From: a virus
Lineage: Duplodnaviria > Caudoviricetes
DNA length: 64,000 nucleotides
Direction: 5' to 3' (one strand)
Virus record (IMG/VR): IMGVR_UViG_3300031867_000013
Coordinates: 32,001-96,000 of that record
The position numbers and the translations under genes were made by a program. Shown piece by piece: positions 11,139 through 18,387 of this stretch (position 1 is the stretch's first letter; the number at the start of each line of letters is the position of its first letter). The notes under the pieces are model-generated. The model was not told where the DNA came from. It worked only from the letters and a program-made list of their open reading frames with translations, and searched no databases.

Positions 11139-11169
11139 CTAAAAGCCCCCAACGGACGGGGGCTTTTAG
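11139..11169. terminator. Terminator hairpin ending the RNA-island transcript
   Basis: CTAAAAGCCCCC-AACGGAC-GGGGGCTTTTAG perfect inverted repeat. Confidence 0.75.
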
Positions 11170-11236
11170 CTGTAAAGGAGATGTTAAAAATGAAGGATAG
11201 CTTTAAGGCAATTACCTTATCGCCACCATATTATAT

Positions 11237-11311
11237 TGGCGGGAAATAAGATAATCGAAATCTTGTCTTTAGATTGACAATCTAATATTCTAACCACTGA
11301 ACTAATTTCCC
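11237..11311 (-). tRNA. tRNA-Asp (GTC)
   Basis: GGGAAAT/ATTTCCC acceptor, anticodon arm TTAGA-TTGTCAA-TCTAA, TTCGA T-loop, encoded CCA. Confidence 0.9.
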
Positions 11312-11322
11312 GTTATATACAT

Positions 11323-11394
11323 TGGATGCGGCGGCTGGTAACGCTCCAGCTTAATCTAGCCCATGAAACTAGACGGGTTCTTAACCTCACCGCG
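11323..11394 (-). tRNA. Atypical tRNA with CAT anticodon (Met/fMet-like)
   Basis: CGCGGTG/CGCCGCA acceptor with C1:A72 mismatch, CTAGT-TTCATGG-GCTAG anticodon arm, CCA; short D arm and non-canonical T loop. Confidence 0.65.
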
Positions 11395-11397
11395 ATT

Positions 11398-11712
11398 AGT
11401 GGGCGTATTATAAATCATAATTGTAAACTTCTTACGCCTAAAGTTTTATTTTGAATAAGAGCGCGTCTTACCGATATTGCCTTGTTCCTATTATCGCGCT
11501 GATTAATAGTCATGGAGAGAACCACTTTCGCAATTCTCCCAAGTATATATCCGCAAATATATACCCCAATTAATATTTTAAGACGTATAACACACAAACT
11601 TCTGTCTTTCTGCCTTTCTGAATATATTTAGGCTTTATACACCCATACTAAGCAAAGTTTTACTGATTATGCTAATATAATTGCCTAACTACTATATAGC
11701 ATTTCGTGTGAA
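11398..11712 (-). ncRNA. Unassigned structured RNA (~310 nt) between tRNAs
   Basis: Nested helices: CACACGAA/TTTGTGTG, ACGTCTTA/TAAGACGC, GTATATAT/ATATATAC, GGGAGAA/TTCTCTC, CGATA/TATCG, GGCGTA/TACGCC; no credible ORF. Confidence 0.5.
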
Positions 11713-11740
11713 ATATTTATTTTAAGTTAAGATGTTTCTT

Positions 11741-11815
11741 TGGTAGGGACGATGAGAATCGAACTCATGTTGATGGTTTATAAGACCATTATACTCACCA
11801 TTGTATTACGTCCCA
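11741..11815 (-). tRNA. tRNA-Ile (TAT)
   Basis: Anticodon arm ATGGT-CTTATAA-ACCAT, GTTCGA T-loop, GGGACG/CGTCCC acceptor, CCA. Confidence 0.85.
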
Positions 11816-11849
11816 ATATTATATACATATTAAATGTTTTATACATTAC

Positions 11850-11913
11850 TACAAGATGCTTTTACATTCATCTTCACCCAAGAATTTGTAAAATAATTGC
11901 TGTTAGCATCTTT
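11850..11913 (-). ncRNA. ACAGCAA stem RNA copy A
   Basis: AAAGATGCT-AACAGCAATTA-TTTTACA...TGTAAAA-GCATCTTGTA. Confidence 0.65.
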
Positions 11914-12062
11914 ATAATTTAGGGGGTAGCTAAATAAAATTACTATAAATATTTTTAAATTGGGTTCTATAGTATAATAAATCTACAATTTTAAAACAAG
12001 GTATTCACGCCAATTTTTATAGTTATTATACTATAGAACTCTATTAGATGCCTAAACTTATC

Positions 12063-12168
12063 TACAAGACACATTATAAAAACTGTCTAAAAATACTTTT
12101 GGACTTCTTAGATTTAATTTTTCTGTTATCAAATAAATTATATCAATTCATTTGCTGTTCGTGTCTTT
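12063..12168 (-). ncRNA. ACAGCAA stem RNA copy B
   Basis: AAAGACACG-AACAGCAAA...TGTGTCTTGTA; TTGACA/TATAAT promoter just upstream (12180-12207). Confidence 0.65.
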
Positions 12169-12224
12169 CATTGTCTGTATTATATCATATAATTTTTAAT
12201 TTGTCAACCATTTTTTTATTTTTT

Positions 12225-12309
12225 TGGTGTCGAAGGAGGGAATCGAACCCTCATGGTAAAGACCGCAGAGGCTTAAACTCTGTGCGTATGCCAATTTCGC
12301 CACTCCGAC
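12225..12309 (-). tRNA. tRNA-Leu (TAA)
   Basis: CAGAG-TTTAAGC-CTCTG anticodon arm, long variable arm, GTTCGA, CCA. Confidence 0.9.
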
Positions 12310-12375
12310 ATATCTTATTTACATTTGTATTATACCACACGAATTTTAATTTGTCAATACTTTTTTCTTTTTCTA

Positions 12376-12462
12376 TATGCGCCCCATCCACGCACATAAT
12401 ACACAGCCCCATTAAACTTTGCTATGCTCCCTTTGAGGTTATCCGTGTGGCTACGGTTTAGG
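12376..12462 (-). ncRNA. Small multi-hairpin RNA with its own promoter
   Basis: TTGACA-17-TATATT at 12471-12499; hairpins CCGT/ACGG, GCATAGC/GCTGTGT, TATGTGC/GCGCATA. Confidence 0.45.
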
Positions 12463-12518
12463 ATATTTATAATATAGCACACAATTCTAATTTTGTCAAC
12501 TACTTTTTAAATATTTTT

Positions 12519-12596
12519 CAAAAAGAAAAGCGGGAAGAACCACCAACCCGCTTTCTTTCTTGATTTAGACAAGTTATGTCTGCAATCAACACTCTA
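12519..12596 (-). ncRNA. Candidate small RNA: promoter, hairpin, terminator
   Basis: TTGACA/TGGTATAAT promoter at ~12603-12631, hairpin TTGATT..AGACA/TGTCT..AATCAA, then AAAGCGGG/CCCGCTTT plus T-run. Confidence 0.4.
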
Positions 12597-12627
12597 TTTT
12601 GTATTATACCACAATTTTTATAATTTG

Positions 12628-14412
12628 TCAAATAAATAATGCGTCAATTTGTGCTTTTGTTGCAATAATTGAACCGCCTATTATATCCCATTTTTCTTTT
12701 TCTGTATCTGTAAAAGTTGATTCTGATGTATGTGCTAATTTACATTTATATATAAATTTATCATGCACAACTACTGTATCTAATTGATAATATGTACTTG
12801 CTTGCCAATTCTTTAAGTCACTAAATACTAAATCCCAATTTCCTATATCTGTTTCAAAACTAATATTAGAACTTGTGTGTGAATTATTGCACCTATATAA
12901 ACTATTTGCATAATTTACTACTTGATTGGTTTTATATTCTGTATTTATAGCCCAATCTTCTAATACTAATACAGATTCAGAACCTAATTCATTCCATTTA
13001 GATATATCAAAATTTACCCCGCTTGTATGTGCTGTTTTACACTCATATAAGCAATCATCATATATTACTATTTGATATACTTCATATTGAGTATTTGCCG
13101 CCCAATGTGCCATTTTATTTCCATCATATATTGTAGTTACGTGCTTTGTCCCATCGGGGTCTGTAAATGTTATTTTATGTTGACCTACTACTGTTTCATC
13201 TATAGTAGTTGTTGGGGATTTACCATCTACACCATCATTTATTGTTACAGTTTGTGTTCCATTCTTATCTGTAATACTTAATGTAGAATATTTTGCTCCT
13301 GCGGATTTTGTTAAATTTACAGTAGGACTATAACCATCTGCACCATTAGATATAACTGTTGTAGAAGTTCCTGCCGCCGAAACAATAGTAACTGTATGTG
13401 TACCATTTGGATTATCTACTACTGTTATTGAAGGGCTTACTCCATTTTCTCCTTTATCACCTTTATCACCTTTATCGCCCTTCATACCAATTATCTTACC
13501 GCAATTTTGCCATTCATATTGTTGTGTACTTGTATTTTCTAACCACATATATAAATATGGCACTTCTTCATCTAATGGGTCTCCAACTAAATAAGCATCA
13601 CCTACAGTACCAGTTGGGTGTGCGGCTTCTAAATCTTCTAATGTTTCATATTGCGCTCTTATTGTAAAGGATTTACCATCTTCACCCTTATCGCCTTTAT
13701 CACCTTTTGCGCCATCTCTTATTTTTGCACTTGTTGTGCCATTAACATCTTGAATTGTTATTGTAGCTGTATCTCCTGTTTTAGATACACTTGCAGAAGG
13801 GCTTACACCGCTTGCTCCATTTGTTCCGTTCATTACATTAAAATCTTTTGTTCCCGATTTATCTGTAATTGAAACTTTATGACCATTAGTTATATTAGTT
13901 ATTGCTACTGTAGGACTATAACCATCTGAGCCTTTTGCTCCATTTGTACCATTATATATATTTGCTGTAGTTGTTCCATTTATATCTACTAATGTTATAG
14001 TTGCTCCACTAGCTGTTTGTGTAATTTTTGCTGTAGGAACTGCTTGAACATCTACGTTTAATTTATCGCCTTGCATTTTAAGACCGCTACCTACTTTTGC
14101 GCCACCTTTTATGTTTGCTGACATTGTTGGAAGTGTATATGGCGTACCGCCGCCACCGCCGCCACCACCCCCTTTCCCGTTTACCTTAAAAGGGACTGTT
14201 GTGAATACTGCGTCTTTATTACCCGCACTTCTTACATATACTGTACCATCAAATGCTACTATCTGATTCTCAATTAATTTTATACCTGTATTATCTTCAT
14301 TAGTTGCAGATATTTCAATAGGTACTTTACTTGTGTTTTGAATAGACCCTGTAGTTTCTTCTGGTGAAACCCAAGTTCCTGCTTTTACATTATACTTTGC
14401 CATCAATATCAT
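12628..14412 (-). CDS. Collagen-like repeat protein with three C-terminal CBM5/12-like carbohydrate-binding repeats
   Basis: G-X-Y runs (GDKGDKGE), repeated 'G.DG.SPT' units, three 'W....Y....V.Y...LY.C...HTS' repeats. Confidence 0.7.
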   Translation of the reverse strand: MILMAKYNVKAGTWVSPEETTGSIQNTSKVPIEISATNEDNTGIKLIENQIVAFDGTVYVRSAGNKDAVFTTVPFKVNGKGGGGGGGGGTPYTLPTMSANIKGGAKVGSGLKMQGDKLNVDVQAVPTAKITQTASGATITLVDINGTTTANIYNGTNGAKGSDGYSPTVAITNITNGHKVSITDKSGTKDFNVMNGTNGASGVSPSASVSKTGDTATITIQDVNGTTSAKIRDGAKGDKGDKGEDGKSFTIRAQYETLEDLEAAHPTGTVGDAYLVGDPLDEEVPYLYMWLENTSTQQYEWQNCGKIIGMKGDKGDKGDKGENGVSPSITVVDNPNGTHTVTIVSAAGTSTTVISNGADGYSPTVNLTKSAGAKYSTLSITDKNGTQTVTINDGVDGKSPTTTIDETVVGQHKITFTDPDGTKHVTTIYDGNKMAHWAANTQYEVYQIVIYDDCLYECKTAHTSGVNFDISKWNELGSESVLVLEDWAINTEYKTNQVVNYANSLYRCNNSHTSSNISFETDIGNWDLVFSDLKNWQASTYYQLDTVVVHDKFIYKCKLAHTSESTFTDTEKEKWDIIGGSIIATKAQIDALFI

Positions 14413-14687
14413 TCCTTTCTTTTATATATGCACAAATAGGACATACATATAGTATGCCCTAATATTATTCTTATTAAATTGCTATGTTATATTTCAATAC
14501 TCCATAATTGACTATTACAATTATAGTATCTCGGCACAAAATGTTTCTATCATATAACATAACATAAGTGGTGGTAATCAACCCAACTTTCAGTATCATC
14601 TTTAATAAAGATATGATTGCTGTAAGTGCCTTATATATCAATGAAAAGATAGACATATATTTCTATATGCCTATCCTCATCTACATA

Positions 14688-16214
14688 TTATCCAAAAACT
14701 TTGTCTATTACTGCATATCGAGGTACATTAAGCTGTTCTACAAGAGCCTTATATGGGTCTAATTGTGAACTCATTACCATACTCATAAGGTTCTTACTAA
14801 ACCCGCTAAGAAGAACAACTCCCATTTCATTCTCTGTCAGCGGAATCGTACCTGTACGACTATTTACATTCCAAAATACTAACTTTGGAAGTTTATAACC
14901 TTTTGCCGCAAACCTATTACGTATTGTTTCAAACAATGCTTCATTTACTGTTGGTGTTCTTTCTCCCCAAAAAGAATTACCATTAGCCACTCCGTCAAAT
15001 TCACAATCCGTGATGATAAGCACTGTATTAGGCATTTCGTCCTGCGACATATGATTCTTTACTGCTGTATCAAGAATCAAATCAAATGTTGCTTCGATAT
15101 TTGTATTAGAGCAATCATTATATTTATGCATAATATTAAGATTACCAAATAAGGTATCACTATTTACAGTTACCATTTGTGGCTTACTGCTAAATGTAAT
15201 AAACTTATTCTTAAATTCTCCACTATTATTTTGAGCGCAATATAATGAAATTGCACTTGCTACATCTAATGCAGAAACATTACTATTACCAATAGTAACT
15301 GTCATAGAACCACTACCATCACGTACAACAAGTGTATTTTTGAAACCTTCTACCTTGTCTTGTGCGTTCCATAATGCTTCTAGTGTTTCATCGACACCAT
15401 TAAACCGACCATAGTTAAATGCACCATACTTATGCACAATATCATGTAAAAACATAGCTTGTGCATTAATCTTTGTTTCACCATTTTTAAGTGATTCAAG
15501 ATATTCTATACGACGCTTTTCATCGTGTTTCATAAAAGCAAAACCATAATTAAGATTTGCCTTTGATGGAACAGCACTATATTCAATATCGTTCCACTCA
15601 TTTGCAGACATTTTACGTTCTACAATATCAATATGCTTACGTAACTTGCTAAGAACTTTACGATATTCCTTTGAACTAAATTCAAACCATTTCTTAATGA
15701 TATGACCGCGCTTAACTGTTTCTGCACTTGACGCATTAACAGATGGCATCCACTTAGCCAAAAGTGAAATAGGTTTACCTTCTTTATAGTTCTTCATATC
15801 GTCAATAAATTGTCCGATTACACGACTACGAATTGCAAGTTGTACTTTCTTGCTCTTTGTATTAAAATAAATATCAAGAATATCATCCCAACGACCATAT
15901 TCTGCAATATCCACTTCATTAATTAGCTTTACTGCAATATCTTCGTGTGCCTTTGCAAGATAAACCATAAATTCTCTAAATGATTTACGTTCACCTACAC
16001 CACCACGAACATCACGCAAAAATAGAAGCCATTTTAAAGTAAGCACTTTATCTTCATTAAGTGCTTCTTCAAATAATGCAGTATCTACTTCTGTACGGAA
16101 AGAAGGAATTGCAAAATTAAGGTCTACAATCTTATGACCTTCTGTAGCAAAACCTACTGCACCATTTTCTGTTAGCTTCTTCTCATTCTTCTCCATTGCT
16201 TTGATAAAACTCAT
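14688..16214 (-). CDS. DUF2828-family protein (TROVE/Ro60-like helical domain plus vWA domain)
   Basis: 'TENGA', 'RDVRGGVGER', 'EYGRWDD', 'SLLAKWMPS', MIDAS 'DGSGSM', 'TDCEFD', 'PKLVFWNV', 'LSGFS' motifs. Confidence 0.85.
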   Translation of the reverse strand: MSFIKAMEKNEKKLTENGAVGFATEGHKIVDLNFAIPSFRTEVDTALFEEALNEDKVLTLKWLLFLRDVRGGVGERKSFREFMVYLAKAHEDIAVKLINEVDIAEYGRWDDILDIYFNTKSKKVQLAIRSRVIGQFIDDMKNYKEGKPISLLAKWMPSVNASSAETVKRGHIIKKWFEFSSKEYRKVLSKLRKHIDIVERKMSANEWNDIEYSAVPSKANLNYGFAFMKHDEKRRIEYLESLKNGETKINAQAMFLHDIVHKYGAFNYGRFNGVDETLEALWNAQDKVEGFKNTLVVRDGSGSMTVTIGNSNVSALDVASAISLYCAQNNSGEFKNKFITFSSKPQMVTVNSDTLFGNLNIMHKYNDCSNTNIEATFDLILDTAVKNHMSQDEMPNTVLIITDCEFDGVANGNSFWGERTPTVNEALFETIRNRFAAKGYKLPKLVFWNVNSRTGTIPLTENEMGVVLLSGFSKNLMSMVMSSQLDPYKALVEQLNVPRYAVIDKVFG

Positions 16215-16229
16215 TTTTAATCATCCTTT

Positions 16230-16320
16230 CAAGTTGCCTTTTATTTTTTAACCCTATAAGGGTACGATTAACGCGATGTAATCCAAATTAAATAAAAACT
16301 ATTTTGCTGTATGCAACTTT
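16230..16320 (-). ncRNA. ACAGCAA stem RNA copy C, in the 5' leader of the DUF2828 gene
   Basis: AAAGTTGCAT-ACAGCAAA...GCAACTTG directly followed by AAAGGATG RBS and ATG; promoter at ~16330-16358. Confidence 0.65.
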
Positions 16321-16377
16321 ATATTTTATATTATATCATATTTTTTATATTTTGTCAATATAAATTTTTAATATTTT

Positions 16378-16451
16378 TGGAGCGATTAAGGAGATTTGAA
16401 CTCCTACCGACTACTTGGAAGGAAGTCATGCTACCATTACACTATAACCAC
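16378..16451 (-). tRNA. tRNA-Gly (TCC)
   Basis: Anticodon loop CTTCCAA, GTTCAA T-loop, TCCA 3' end. Confidence 0.85.
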
Positions 16452-16460
16452 ATATAAATT

Positions 16461-16563
16461 TACAAGCCGCCACAAGACGTCGGGTCAGATACAGGATTCT
16501 AACCTGTCTTAATACACATCTGTAAATCCGACAATTATCTTCTTTATTGCTGTTAGTGACTTT
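16461..16563 (-). ncRNA. ACAGCAA stem RNA copy D with T-arm mimic
   Basis: AAAGTCACT-AACAGCAAT...GGCGGCTTGTA; internal CAGAT/ATCTG helix stacked on ACAGG-TTAGAAT-CCTGT. Confidence 0.6.
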
Positions 16564-16605
16564 ATACTGCGAAAGGAGGACTCTCACATTGAAAATACTA
16601 TTTTA

Positions 16606-16728
16606 TACAAGACACATCTCTTTTTAATGCGACCGCACACCGAACAGCATACAACTGTGTTGGGAGTTTAACCCAATCCTTATTTTTTGCAGAAATAATT
16701 AAGAAAAATAATTGCTGTTTGTGTCTTT
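16606..16728 (-). ncRNA. ACAGCAA stem RNA copy E with Cys anticodon-arm and T-arm mimic
   Basis: AAAGACACA-AACAGCAATT...TGTGTCTTGTA; TTATTT-CTGCAAA-AAATAA then TTGGG-TTAAACT-CCCAA. Confidence 0.65.
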
Positions 16729-16748
16729 TTTAAATTATTTACATATTT

Positions 16749-16824
16749 TGGTGACGAATCGGGGAATCGAACCCACGCTCTAGGGATTGAAAGCCCCTCG
16801 TCCTAACCGCTAGACTAATTCGTC
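16749..16824 (-). tRNA. tRNA-Glu (TTC)
   Basis: AGGGG-CTTTCAA-TCCCT anticodon arm, GTTCGA, GACGAAT/ATTCGTC acceptor, CCA. Confidence 0.9.
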
Positions 16825-16830
16825 ATATTA

Positions 16831-16904
16831 TACAAGATGCTAAATGATAAGTAAAATAAAATATGCGCTTTATATACTTGAAAATAATTGCTGTTCGCAT
16901 CTTT
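16831..16904 (-). ncRNA. ACAGCAA stem RNA copy F
   Basis: AAAGATGCG-AACAGCAATTATTTT...AGCATCTTGTA; promoter at ~16911-16939. Confidence 0.65.
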
Positions 16905-16948
16905 TTCTGTATTATAACATATAAAATTTAATTTGTCAATACTTTTTT

Positions 16949-17164
16949 TTAATTTTTTCTTGGTAATCCTAATCTTTTTGCCAAACTATTTGCAAATACA
17001 AGAATATCTAAATTAAATTCATTTGCAATATTACCAATTAAAATAAATACTTGCAAAATAAGTTGAATTGGAACAAAAATTATAAACAATAAACAAAACT
17101 GTAAAAATTGTGTTATTGTCATTTCATAAATATCATATACTATTTTCATCTTTTTGTTCACCAT
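16949..17164 (-). CDS. Small membrane protein (paralog of 17133-17357)
   Basis: Hydrophobic 'YDIYEMTITQFLQFCLLFIIFVPIQLIL'. Confidence 0.55.
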   Translation of the reverse strand: MVNKKMKIVYDIYEMTITQFLQFCLLFIIFVPIQLILQVFILIGNIANEFNLDILVFANSLAKRLGLPRKN

Positions 17165-17357
17165 CTTCTTTTACAGGAAAATTCCATTTTTCTGCAAGTT
17201 CAAAGACATAATTCTTGACAATTTCATCTAATTCTCCCATCTTTGCCCCAACAAAAACAAAAACAGAAAGAAATAGATGAATAGGTACTCCTACAATACT
17301 AAGAAGTAGAAATTCTAAAAATTGTACTATTGTCATTTTCTTTATATCGTATTTCAT
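17133..17357 (-). CDS. Small membrane protein (paralog of 16949-17164)
   Basis: 'YDIKKMTIVQFLEFLLLSIVGVPIHLFL'; GGTGGTG RBS. Confidence 0.6.
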   Translation of the reverse strand: MKYDIKKMTIVQFLEFLLLSIVGVPIHLFLSVFVFVGAKMGELDEIVKNYVFELAEKWNFPVKEDGEQKDENSI

Positions 17358-17393
17358 GTATTTTCACCACCTATAATGTTTTATATATATTAT

Positions 17394-17468
17394 TGGTGGG
17401 CTTATCAGAAGTTGAATCTGAACTAGAAATTTAGAAGATTTCTGTGCTGTCCGTTACACTATAAGCCA
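17394..17468 (-). tRNA. tRNA-Arg (TCT)
   Basis: GAAAT-CTTCTAA-ATTTC anticodon arm, CCA end. Confidence 0.85.
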
Positions 17469-17478
17469 ATTATATTTC

Positions 17479-17794
17479 TGGTGGACTAGACGGAGGCGAA
17501 TCCGTGTCCGAAATTACTACATTTCAAAGAACTATCACAATAGCTATATTAACTGATAGCAACAGTAGTAGAAAAGGAGATTTTATTATGAAAAACTTTG
17601 TTGTATTTATTTAATATTTTTCTGCATTGACCTACAACATAGTATTACAGAAAAAGAAACTGATAGCAACTTATGCCGCTACAGCTTCATATTCAAAAGA
17701 AAAGTTGTCAGTTATTATACTGTTTAGACTTTAACGCTGTACATTCCGTGTGAACTTTGAAATTTCATAACTCCGTCGAAACATAAACTAGCCC
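17479..17794 (-). ncRNA. ssrA: tmRNA; tag (A)DNFSFEYEAVAA* at 17709-17671
   Basis: 5' GGGCTAG...TTTCGAC, 3' GGACACGGATTCGCCTCCGTCTAGTCCACCA, G3:U70 pair, ATAACT-GAC resume context, tag ending in AA-stop. Confidence 0.92.
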
Positions 17795-17807
17795 ATATTA
17801 AATTTTA

Positions 17808-17881
17808 TGGCAGGAGTTGAAGGAATCGAACCCCCATAGGTAGTTCTGGAGACTACCGTATTACCATTATACGAAACTCCC
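17808..17881 (-). tRNA. tRNA-Trp (CCA)
   Basis: GTAGT-CTCCAGA-ACTAC anticodon arm, GTTCGA, GCCA end. Confidence 0.9.
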
Positions 17882-17885
17882 ATTT

Positions 17886-18140
17886 ATGCGCCTTTATAGA
17901 CCCCTCCTGTCTAATGCCGCCACATAGCTTGTGATAGACCGACCCATTAAAAGAAACATAAATGTTTCTCACCTACCCGACCAAGATATATATCTTGAAG
18001 CCCTATCACTCCAATATTGTGAAAATGTATTTAGGTGCTTACCCCACACCACAGGACAAAATCAAAACTGTTTGCGCGACAACCGACAAACCCAAACAAA
18101 TATCCACATGATAGTTGTTTTCGCGCACCTTTATATAGAA
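17886..18140 (-). ncRNA. Unassigned structured RNA (~255 nt) between tRNA-Lys and tRNA-Trp
   Basis: GC-richer island with helices TGCGCGA..ACAAC/GTTGTCGCGCA, TCCTGT/ACAGGA, GTGATAG/CTATCAC, CAAGAT/ATCTTG, GAAACA/TGTTTC. Confidence 0.5.
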
Positions 18141-18158
18141 GATTGGTCTTTTAATTTT

Positions 18159-18235
18159 TGGTGGGACTAATAGGATTCTAACTTATATCTTGCGAATTAA
18201 AAGTTCGCTGTACTTAACAATTATACTATAGTCCC
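18159..18235 (-). tRNA. tRNA-Lys (TTT)
   Basis: GCGAA-CTTTTAA-TTCGC anticodon arm, GGGACTA/TAGTCCC acceptor, CCA. Confidence 0.88.
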
Positions 18236-18239
18236 ATCT

Positions 18240-18312
18240 GTGCGGAAATTATGGAATTTAACCATAACCTTATATCCCATGACATATATGCTAAACATTA
18301 CACCAATTCCCG
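18240..18312 (-). pseudogene. Degenerate tRNA (Pro-TGG-like)
   Basis: CGGGAAT/ATTTCCG acceptor and D arm present; anticodon loop only 6 nt (CATGGG); no CCA. Confidence 0.45.
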
Positions 18313-18319
18313 CATATCA

Positions 18320-18387
18320 TACAAGGCACGTTTGCTTGGATAGATTAAAAGTCTATTACATTAAAAATAATTGCTGTATGTGCCTTT
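18320..18387 (-). ncRNA. ACAGCAA stem RNA copy G with Lys anticodon-arm mimic
   Basis: AAAGGCACAT-ACAGCAATTATTTT...GTGCCTTGTA; internal ATAGA-CTTTTAA-TCTAT. Confidence 0.65.

Noticed and set aside
11398-11712. RNase P RNA or group I intron
   Set aside because: No GAGGAAAGUCC/P4 or P7 core signature found by eye
17394-17468. Amber suppressor tRNA (CUA) and recoded genome
   Set aside because: Loop CUUCUAA centres on UCU (Arg); long genes are intact in the standard code
11230-18320. HDV-like theta ribozymes at tRNA 3' ends
   Set aside because: Sequences after the CCA ends are short AT-rich spacers; no nested double pseudoknot recognised
11850-18387. ACAGCAA elements as CRISPR repeats or terminators
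   Set aside because: Dispersed, with co-varying terminal stems and variable interiors, and no U-tail on the transcribed strand
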